This document shows positions 1 to 4,920 of a DNA stretch of 4,978 nucleotides, one piece after another. Position 1 is the stretch's first letter. Every line of letters starts with the position of its first letter. The translations under genes were made by a program, and so were the position numbers. A model generated the notes under the pieces. It was not told where the DNA came from. It did no database searches and was given only the letters and a program-made list of their open reading frames with translations. The DNA comes from a virus (lineage: Duplodnaviria > Heunggongvirae > Uroviricota > Caudoviricetes), in IMG/VR virus record IMGVR_UViG_2671180417_000017, positions 1-4,978 of that record; one strand, 5' to 3'.

Positions 1-674
1 ACCGGACGGTGGAGGAGTGGCGGGAATGGCAACTTGCTGAAGGACGAAAACGCAGCGAGGAGATTAACCGCCTGAATCATCAGGTGCGGGTTGAAAAAAT
101 CCTGAACCGTGCGGGCATCCAGCCGCTTCACAGGAAGTGCTCATTCGGGAACTACCGGGTGCAGAACGACGGTCAGCGCCATGCTCTGAGCCAGGCGAAA
201 TCCATTGCCGATGAATTGATGACCGGATGTACAAACTTCGTGTTCAGCGGTAAACCTGGTACCGGTAAAAATCACTTGGCAGCAGCGATTGGCAATCGGC
301 TGATGGCGAAGGGGAGAAGCGTGATTATCGTCACCGTGTCCGATGTCATGAGCGTGTTGCATGACGGCTACGACAACGGCCAGTCCGGGGAAAAATTTTT
401 ACAGGAGCTTTGTGGAGTTGACCTTCTGGTCCTTGATGAAATTGGAATGCAGCGGGATACGCGCAACGAGCAGGTCACGCTGAACCAGATAGTCGACCGC
501 AGAACGGCTTCGATGCGTAGTGTCGGAATGCTGACGAACCTGAATCACGCAGCGATGAGCACACTCCTCGGAGATCGGGTGATGGACCGTATGACCATGA
601 ACGGTGGTCGGTGGGTGACGTTTAACTGGGATAGCTGGCGTCCAAATGTCAGCAATATGAGGGTTGTGAAGTAA
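1..674 (+). CDS. dnaC: DnaC-like replication helicase loader (AAA+ ATPase), 5'-truncated at window edge
   Basis: Reading frame is open from the window start to TAA 672-674, so the N-terminus lies upstream. Walker A GKPGTGKNHLAAA and Walker B DLLVLDEIG are present; the C-terminal part (LNQIVDRR...MLTNLN...LGDRVMDRM...WVTFNWDSW) closely resembles E. coli DnaC and prophage DnaC-like proteins from memory. Confidence 0.9.
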   Translation, partial: RTVEEWREWQLAEGRKRSEEINRLNHQVRVEKILNRAGIQPLHRKCSFGNYRVQNDGQRHALSQAKSIADELMTGCTNFVFSGKPGTGKNHLAAAIGNRLMAKGRSVIIVTVSDVMSVLHDGYDNGQSGEKFLQELCGVDLLVLDEIGMQRDTRNEQVTLNQIVDRRTASMRSVGMLTNLNHAAMSTLLGDRVMDRMTMNGGRWVTFNWDSWRPNVSNMRVVK

Positions 675-695
675 TTTTGTCCGGAGGAAATTTTA

Positions 696-1466
696 ATGGA
701 AACCGTATCTGACGCACTGAAAGCACTGAAAAAAGCCTCTTCACATGTGGTGGCAGCTCGCCTTGGAATCAGTCGTGAAGAGGCTGTCAACGAACTGTGG
801 GAACTCAAAAAAAATGGCGTTGTTGATAAAACGGGTCACACCTGGTTTCTGGCTGTCGAAGGTGAAGCCGGGGTAACCGAAGGGCAGGCACTACAACCTG
901 AAGCGCCGGATGTGGTAACCGAAGAGGTCGCTCCAAAAGTTACCGCAGACATGATGGTTGAGTTTATCGGTCAGGATGGTGCTAAAACGTGTGAGGAACT
1001 GGCGGGTAAGTTCGGCGTCAGTACTCGCAAGGTTGCTTCCACGCTGGCGGTGGTAACCGCAACGGGGCGGCTGGCACGCGTTAATCAGAACGGTAAATTT
1101 CGTTACTGCATGTCGGGGGGTAATTTACCAGCAGATCCGAAAGCCGCGCCGGTAACGAAAAATGATGGTAAGGCCTTTCCTCAGCCAGCAGGTGCTGCGT
1201 TACCAGTCCGGGAAGCCGCAACACAGGAAGAAATTAAAACAGAAACTGTGGCGGACATTGTGCAGCCGTTGCCATCGTTTACCGAAACGCAAGCAGATGA
1301 GCTGATTTTTCCGTCCCTTCGCAGGGCAAACCTGGCGCTGCGCAGGGCGAAAAGTGATGTTCAGAAGTGGGAGCGAGTCTGCGCCGCGCTGCGGGAGCTG
1401 AACAAGCACCGGGATATTGTTCGACAGATTACTGATTCTTCCCGCCGTGTTGTATCGGAAAAGTGA
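696..1466 (+). CDS. conserved hypothetical phage protein, 256 aa, two putative winged-helix-like segments separated by a Pro/Ala/Glu-rich linker
   Basis: ATG 696 preceded by GGAGG (684-688) at 7 nt spacing, 21 nt after the dnaC-like stop. Long ORF with no internal stops. Two segments (LGISREEAVNELWELKKNGVV and CEELAGKFGVSTRKVASTLAVVTATGRL) resemble HTH / winged-helix recognition regions. Function not recognised. Confidence 0.8.
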   Translation: METVSDALKALKKASSHVVAARLGISREEAVNELWELKKNGVVDKTGHTWFLAVEGEAGVTEGQALQPEAPDVVTEEVAPKVTADMMVEFIGQDGAKTCEELAGKFGVSTRKVASTLAVVTATGRLARVNQNGKFRYCMSGGNLPADPKAAPVTKNDGKAFPQPAGAALPVREAATQEEIKTETVADIVQPLPSFTETQADELIFPSLRRANLALRRAKSDVQKWERVCAALRELNKHRDIVRQITDSSRRVVSEK

Positions 1467-1481
1467 TAGCCGGAGGCGCTT

Positions 1482-1877
1482 ATGGCGAAACCTTTTACAC
1501 ACGAACAGCGTGAAGAACTGAAGGCCCGAATTATCGGGCTGGTACGCAAAAATGAACGCATGACGATATCACAACTGGAGAGAGCGACGGGAGCAGGCTG
1601 GCATTCAGTCAGACGTTGCCTTGTGGATGTACTGGCTTGTGGCGATTTATACATGCCCAGTAAATATGGTGTTTTTACATCAGAACAGGTGTATCGCGTA
1701 TGGCGTAAGGCAGCGGAGAAAGCAACCGACCAGACATTGAGTCGAAAGTTACCAGACGGAGAAATACGCCGCTACGACAGACAACAGAACATAATCTGTG
1801 GCGAGTGCCGGAAGAGTGAAGTTATGCTGCGTGTACTGGCGTTCTATCAGGGCAATTTTCAGGAGGCGGTACTGTGA
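1482..1877 (+). CDS. hypothetical phage protein, 131 aa
   Basis: ATG 1482 preceded by GGAGG (1471-1475). Stop TGA 1875-1877 overlaps the GTG 1874 of the next frame (GTGA). N-terminal region (ISQLERATGAGWHSVRRCL) is HTH-like. No family recognised. Confidence 0.75.
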   Translation: MAKPFTHEQREELKARIIGLVRKNERMTISQLERATGAGWHSVRRCLVDVLACGDLYMPSKYGVFTSEQVYRVWRKAAEKATDQTLSRKLPDGEIRRYDRQQNIICGECRKSEVMLRVLAFYQGNFQEAVL

Positions 1878-1933
1878 GTGAATTAGCTATCAGGCTTCAA
1901 TTGTCGCTGGCATTCGCATCAAAGGAGAATGAG

Positions 1934-2518
1934 ATGACCACTTTTACAAAAGAGCAGTTAATCAGTCATGTTAGTGAAAATGTAAAGGCGATGAAATTTG
2001 CAGTAAAACAGACAGCATTCAAAAATTCTCTCGAGGCAATTGAGTTGGATTTAGCACTGGCCCTTGTTGCTCAGGCTTCGCTGGAAGCAGAGCCCGTGCT
2101 TTATATGAATCGATTTACCGGAAAGACATTCTCACTGGAAGAGCAACCCGGTGCTGATAAGGAACCGGAAATATACGTGCCGCTATATGCTGCCCCGCCA
2201 GACAGCGCCGCCATGCTTCAGGCTGGAAACTTTCGGGAAAATAAGGGTTCGTCAACCAATAATTTTCGGGAAATCTCGGAAACGTCAACCAACTATCCGG
2301 TAACTCCGGATGGTTGGATAAGCTGTAGTGAGCGAATGCCGGATGACGGTCAGCACGTAATTATTTTATGTGATGGCGCATTTGTTCTTTATGCGCAATA
2401 TCGAGACGGTGAGTTTTTTGATGTAGTCCGTGATGGTGATGAATTTTTCGAAACACAGAGCCGCAATGTAACCGACTGGATGCCGCTACCAGAACCGCCG
2501 CAGGAGGTGCGCCAATGA
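1934..2518 (+). CDS. phage protein with C-terminal DUF551-like domain; alternative upstream start GTG 1874 would give 214 aa
   Basis: ATG 1934 with AAGGAG (1922-1927) at 6 nt spacing. In-frame GTG 1874 also has AGGAGG (1861-1866) at 7 nt and overlaps the upstream stop, so the start is ambiguous; the 1874-1933 stretch uses rare codons (AGG, TTA, TTG). C-terminus ...DGEFFDVVRDGDEFFETQSRNVTDWMPLPEPP matches my recollection of the DUF551 hallmark found in lambdoid ea/eaa-region proteins. Stop TGA 2516-2518. Confidence 0.8.
   Translation: MTTFTKEQLISHVSENVKAMKFAVKQTAFKNSLEAIELDLALALVAQASLEAEPVLYMNRFTGKTFSLEEQPGADKEPEIYVPLYAAPPDSAAMLQAGNFRENKGSSTNNFREISETSTNYPVTPDGWISCSERMPDDGQHVIILCDGAFVLYAQYRDGEFFDVVRDGDEFFETQSRNVTDWMPLPEPPQEVRQ
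2231..2296 (+). repeat. imperfect tandem direct repeat (2 x 33 bp) inside the DUF551-like gene
   Basis: TTTCGGGAAAATAAGGGTTCGTCAACCAA versus TTTCGGGAAATCTCGGAAACGTCAACCAA: first 10 and last 9 nt identical. Encodes the duplicated peptide FRENKGSSTNN / FREISETSTNY. Confidence 0.7.
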
Positions 2519-2598
2519 ACTGGCCTGAAGCATTTGCAATTACAGGCGTTGCTATGGCTATCACTTTTTTAGTATATGTTATTTGTCGGTGGGGGTAA
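2515..2598 (+). CDS. small hydrophobic peptide, 27 aa (MNWPEAFAITGVAMAITFLVYVICRWG), predicted single TM helix
   Basis: ATG 2515 overlaps the upstream TGA (ATGA), with AGGAGG (2501-2506) 8 nt upstream. TAA 2596-2598. Below the ORF-track length cutoff. Hydrophobic core ending in a basic residue. Confidence 0.5.
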   Translation: MNWPEAFAITGVAMAITFLVYVICRWG

Positions 2599-2633
2599 AA
2601 ACGTTCGCCGGGATTAACACCAAAGGAGGGAAT

Positions 2634-2738
2634 ATGTCGGATGATATATCACTGGCAATGGAAGGTGCGCTGGCTGTTATTGCTGTTGTGGGCGTTTACT
2701 GCCTGGTTGTGTTTTTGATGGATCGACTAGGGAACTGA
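2634..2738 (+). CDS. small hydrophobic peptide, 34 aa (MSDDISLAMEGALAVIAVVGVYCLVVFLMDRLGN), predicted single TM helix
   Basis: ATG 2634 preceded by strong SD AAGGAGGG (2622-2629). TGA 2736-2738. Acidic N-terminus followed by about 20 hydrophobic residues. Confidence 0.55.
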   Translation: MSDDISLAMEGALAVIAVVGVYCLVVFLMDRLGN

Positions 2739-2746
2739 ATTCATTA

Positions 2747-2768
2747 CGATATGGGAATTCCCATATCG
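2747..2768. repeat. perfect 22-bp palindrome CGATATGGGAATTCCCATATCG
   Basis: Read directly: left half CGATATGGGAA is the exact reverse complement of right half TTCCCATATCG. Lies between the small-peptide stop (2738) and the putative hok promoter -35 (2781). Confidence 0.9.
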
Positions 2769-2780
2769 GGTAAAAACGGT

Positions 2781-2808
2781 TTGCGGTAAAGCGAGAGTTA
2801 AGTAGAAT
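2781..2808 (+). promoter_or_regulatory. putative sigma70 promoter of hok/mok mRNA (-35 TTGCGG, 16-bp spacer, -10 TAGAAT)
   Basis: TTGCGG 2781-2786 and TAGAAT 2803-2808. The predicted start near 2813-2816 coincides with the beginning of the 5' element GCGGGTGCTTGAGGC, which resembles the 5' end of plasmid R1 hok mRNA. Confidence 0.45.
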
Positions 2809-2859
2809 TGCTGCGGGTGCTTGAGGCTGTCTGCCTCGGGCATGCCACCGTAAGGCAGA

Positions 2860-2936
2860 CAGAGAAAAGCCCCAGTTAACATTACGCGTCCTGCAAGACG
2901 CCTAACATTAATCTGAGGCCAATTTCATGCTAGACA
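2860..2936 (-). ncRNA. sok: putative Sok-like antisense RNA of the hok locus (boundaries approximate)
   Basis: On the - strand, -35 TTGCCT (plus 2965-2970) and -10 TAACCT (plus 2942-2947) with a 17-bp spacer would start an antisense transcript near 2935 covering the mok SD/start (2915-2929). An imperfect hairpin (about 2881-2906) follows but has no clean U-tract, so the 3' end is uncertain. Confidence 0.3.
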
Positions 2937-3139
2937 CATGTAGGTTAGCCTCTTACGCGCCGAAAGGCAAGGAGAAGCAGGCTATGAAGCAGCAAAAGGC
3001 GATGTTAGTCGCCCTGATCGTCATCTGTATTACCGTCATTGTGACGGCACTGGTAACGAGGAAAGACCTCTGCGAGGTACGAATCCGAACCGGCCAGACG
3101 GAGGTCACTGTCTTCACAGCTTACGAACCTGAGGAGTAA
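2927..3139 (+). CDS. mok: Mok-like N-terminally extended reading frame (70 aa) in frame with hok
   Basis: ATG 2927 with GAGG (2915-2918) 8 nt upstream. N-terminus MLDTCRLAS... resembles chromosomal MokC (MLNTCR...) from memory. Same frame and stop as hok. Confidence 0.5.
   Translation: MLDTCRLASYAPKGKEKQAMKQQKAMLVALIVICITVIVTALVTRKDLCEVRIRTGQTEVTVFTAYEPEE
2984..3139 (+). CDS. hok: Hok/Gef-family type I toxin (51 aa), HokD/RelF-like
   Basis: ATG 2984 with AAGGAG (2969-2974) 9 nt upstream. Protein MKQQKAMLVALIVICITVIVTALVTRKDLCEVRIRTGQTEVTVFTAYEPEE is near-identical to my recollection of E. coli HokD/HokC: TM helix followed by the conserved RKDLCEV...TEV..F.AYE periplasmic tail. TAA 3137-3139. 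Confidence 0.9.
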   Translation: MKQQKAMLVALIVICITVIVTALVTRKDLCEVRIRTGQTEVTVFTAYEPEE

Positions 3140-3207
3140 GAGACCAGGCGAGGGAGAAATCCCTCGCCACCTCTGATGTGTCAGGCATCCTCAACGCACC
3201 CGCACTT

Positions 3208-3229
3208 AACCCGCTTCGGCGGGTTTTTT
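3208..3229 (+). terminator. rho-independent terminator of hok mRNA (stem CCCGC, loop TTCG, stem GCGGG, then T6)
   Basis: AACCCGCTTCGGCGGGTTTTTT read directly: GC-rich stem, tetraloop, U-tract. Confidence 0.8.
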
Positions 3230-3348
3230 CACGTACTGTGGTTGTGAATACGATCGGTATTAGGCTATGCTAACAACATTAGCCTGACTAATTTTGTATT
3301 GACTTGATTTTTGTTAAAGAACAGGACGGAGAAGTAAGGGTACACCCA

Positions 3349-3528
3349 ATGAGCTACGCACTAAAAAAACACCCGCGATTGACTATTCCCCCTCGCGATA
3401 AAAGCGTTGTGGCAGCTCCGCGCCCGGCTATCGATGAAAATTGCACTCATCGTGAGCAGGTGAAAAATGCTTTCGATTTCGGTTTTTCTCGTTACGAGAA
3501 GGCAATGGAAGAACTTTCAAAAGTGTAA
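3349..3528 (+). CDS. putative antitoxin partner of the Doc-family toxin (59 aa; not Phd/YefM-like)
   Basis: ATG 3349 with AAGGG (3335-3339) upstream; the ORF track begins the frame at TTG 3304. Stop TAA 3526-3528 lies 18 nt before the Doc ATG, the usual antitoxin-then-toxin arrangement. Sequence MSYALKKHPRLTIPPRDKSVVAAPRPAIDENCTHREQVKNAFDFGFSRYEKAMEELSKV matches no antitoxin family I recognise. Confidence 0.6.
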   Translation: MSYALKKHPRLTIPPRDKSVVAAPRPAIDENCTHREQVKNAFDFGFSRYEKAMEELSKV

Positions 3529-3546
3529 TGATGGGTATTGTGCTCT

Positions 3547-4032
3547 ATGGCTGAGATTGTTGAAGGAGTGCACTACCTTTCGTTTGATGATCTTACCGAA
3601 ATTAATCGCCTTTTAATTGAGCTTCAAACACCAGATGAACCTGTTAGTGTGCTGAGTGTTGATAATTTAAGTTCTTCTCAGTCTCGTCCCAGCATGGTTC
3701 GATGGTATGAACAGACTAATGACATGTTTGTACTGGCATCAGTATTGATTGAAAGTCTGATTCAGAATCATCCATTTGCTAATGCAAACAAACGAACAGC
3801 TATGATGGCTGGTTATGTCTTCTTGTTGTTGAATGGCTATGAGTTAACAGCACCAGGCGATGAAATCGTGGAAATGGCAGAGGGACTGGCCTGCAAAACC
3901 TATACTCGAGAAGATCTCGAGAACTGGTTGTGTTATTGGTCTCGTGCGTATGACGGCCGGGAATTATGTAAAACAGGCGCAACTGTTGTTTTGTATGAAA
4001 CTATCAAGCTTAAAATAGAACAGCAAAACTAA
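3547..4032 (+). CDS. doc: Doc/Fic-family toxin (death-on-curing-like, predicted kinase/AMPylase fold), about 161 aa
   Basis: Motif HPFANANKRTA fits the Doc signature H-x-F-x-(D/N)-(A/G)-N-K-R, and the flanking helices (ASVLIESLIQN before, MMAGYVFLLLNGYEL after) parallel P1 Doc. Start is ATG 3547 or in-frame TTG 3538. Stop TAA 4030-4032. Confidence 0.85.
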   Translation: MAEIVEGVHYLSFDDLTEINRLLIELQTPDEPVSVLSVDNLSSSQSRPSMVRWYEQTNDMFVLASVLIESLIQNHPFANANKRTAMMAGYVFLLLNGYELTAPGDEIVEMAEGLACKTYTREDLENWLCYWSRAYDGRELCKTGATVVLYETIKLKIEQQN

Positions 4033-4048
4033 AGGTGCTTCTAATGAA

Positions 4049-4068
4049 AACCCGCTTCGGCGGGTTTT
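4049..4068. terminator. bidirectional rho-independent terminator (A-tract, CCCGC TTCG GCGGG, T-tract)
   Basis: GAAAACCCGCTTCGGCGGGTTTTGTTGT: the same 20-mer AACCCGCTTCGGCGGGTTTT as at 3208-3227. Sits between the convergent doc (+) and HTH antitoxin (-) genes, with A-run upstream and T-run downstream. Confidence 0.7.
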
Positions 4069-4082
4069 GTTGTATTGGAGTA

Positions 4083-4400
4083 TCATGATATTACCTGGAT
4101 TCCGTTTTTCTCTACGACTGAAAGAAGGCGAAGAGCGGCACCTCCCGGCCGTTTTACACCACGTTCCCAGTCTGATATCAGGTTTTTACTGACGTTGAGG
4201 TATCTGGCAAAAACAGGTTGAGACAGATGCTCTCGTTCGCGCAGTGCACGGATCCTTTCCGGAGACATTACCGGCGCTGGCTGGAGACAAGTTTCATCGA
4301 ATTCTCGCATAGTCTGTTTCGTTACTGCGCCGATATCATGAAGCGATTCCATCATTTCATGTACGGATGCAAGCGCATCACTGCGGTAATTTTTACTCAT
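4083..4400 (-). CDS. HTH-XRE family antitoxin (HigA-like), 105 aa
   Basis: ATG (plus 4398-4400) with GGAGGT SD (plus 4406-4411 reverse complement) 5 nt upstream; stop TGA (plus 4083-4085). C-terminal HTH LSQPVFARYLNVSKNLISDWERGVKRPGGAALRLL is typical of XRE-type antitoxins. Lies immediately downstream of a RelE-like toxin frame on the same strand. Confidence 0.85.
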   Translation of the reverse strand: MSKNYRSDALASVHEMMESLHDIGAVTKQTMREFDETCLQPAPVMSPERIRALREREHLSQPVFARYLNVSKNLISDWERGVKRPGGAALRLLSVVEKNGIQVIS

Positions 4401-4454
4401 TGGGTACCTCCGTAAACTGACCCTGTAGAATCAGTTGTGCCAGTTGTTCATCTG

Positions 4455-4762
4455 TTAGATTGAGTACGTGAGGAGCCCCTTCCGAAATGCACTTTCCTCA
4501 GTAGCGGTTATATTTTCACGTTCATTTTTTGCGTATGCATATACGAAAAAGGCCCTTGTGCCGACGCGATAGAAAATGATTGTGCGATAACCGCCAGATT
4601 TGCCGCCACCGACTCGTGGCAGACGTTGCTTGATAACGCCGTTACCCAGGTTTGCTGAGATAAGCCCGTTATCAGCCTGTTTAACAATTTCGCGCAGTGA
4701 TTGGTCGGATATTTTGTTTTGCGTGCAAGTCGCTCAAACCAGGCGTTTTTAAAAATGCGCAT
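4455..4762 (-). pseudogene. RelE/ParE-superfamily toxin (DUF1044-like, GGGKSGGYRT motif) disrupted by a 1-nt frameshift in an A4 run
   Basis: Frame A from ATG (plus 4760-4762) encodes MRIFKNAWFERLARK... and ends at TAA plus 4508-4510. The -1 frame from about plus 4721 encodes KISDQSLREIVKQADNGLISANLGNGVIKQRLPRVGGGKSGGYRTIIFYRVGTRAFFVYAYAKNERENITATEESAFRKGLLTYSI, ending at TAA plus 4455-4457. Both pieces look like one conserved toxin; the junction is the TTTT run at plus 4717-4720. Adding one A restores an ORF of about 101 aa. Confidence 0.65.
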
Positions 4763-4784
4763 TTTTTGTTCCGTTATTAATGTA

Positions 4785-4799
4785 TAACACATAGTGTTA
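4785..4799. promoter_or_regulatory. perfect inverted repeat TAACAC-ATA-GTGTTA, candidate operator in the divergent promoter region of the RelE-like/HTH module
   Basis: Read directly; lies 23-37 nt upstream of the toxin ATG on the - strand and overlaps the likely promoter. XRE antitoxin dimers typically bind such dyads. Confidence 0.45.
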
Positions 4800-4829
4800 C
4801 ATTGCGTAGGGATCTGCAATGCCATCAGT

Positions 4830-4859
4830 TTGACAACGTCGCGTGTTCGGGGCTATATT
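4830..4859 (+). promoter_or_regulatory. putative sigma70 promoter (-35 TTGACA, 18-bp spacer, -10 TATATT) reading rightward
   Basis: Consensus -35 TTGACA 4830-4835 and TATATT 4854-4859. Divergent from the - strand TA module. Confidence 0.4.
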
Positions 4860-4920
4860 CCTCACGCGCCAGCAAAACCTGGCGTCGGGATTAGCACCCC
4901 GGATATCGAAACGGTGCATA

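Noticed and set aside
141-362. 73-aa ORF on the - strand inside the dnaC-like gene
   Set aside because: Entirely antisense to a well-supported, conserved CDS; no SD; typical spurious antisense ORF.
545-808. 87-aa ORF on the - strand spanning the dnaC-like / next gene junction
   Set aside because: Overlaps two co-directional + strand genes and their RBS; no independent support.
1200-1654. Two overlapping - strand ORFs (1200-1502, 1361-1654)
   Set aside because: Antisense to the 256-aa and 131-aa + strand genes; Arg/Ser-rich composition typical of out-of-frame translation.
2361-2564. 67-aa - strand ORF with a His-rich stretch
   Set aside because: Antisense to the DUF551-like domain coding region; no RBS.
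2829-2860. Strong hairpin GTCTGCCT / AGGCAGAC considered as a terminator, possibly for Sok
   Set aside because: No U-tract on either strand; better explained as a structural element of the hok mRNA 5' leader.
3304-3348. TTG 3304 (and TTG 3538) as start codons for the putative antitoxin and the Doc-like gene
   Set aside because: These are merely the first in-frame start-like codons. ATG 3349 and ATG 3547 are more plausible, though the TTG starts cannot be excluded without homologues.
3800-3982. 60-aa - strand ORF inside the doc-like gene
   Set aside because: Antisense to the conserved Doc motif region; spurious.
4218-4415. 65-aa + strand ORF
   Set aside because: Lies wholly antisense to the well-supported HTH antitoxin gene; no SD.
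4508-4825. 105-aa - strand ORF as called in the six-frame track
   Set aside because: Chimeric: its first 21 codons run through the promoter/operator palindrome, and its C-terminal two-thirds is the wrong frame of the RelE-like toxin. The real gene is the frameshifted toxin at 4455-4762.
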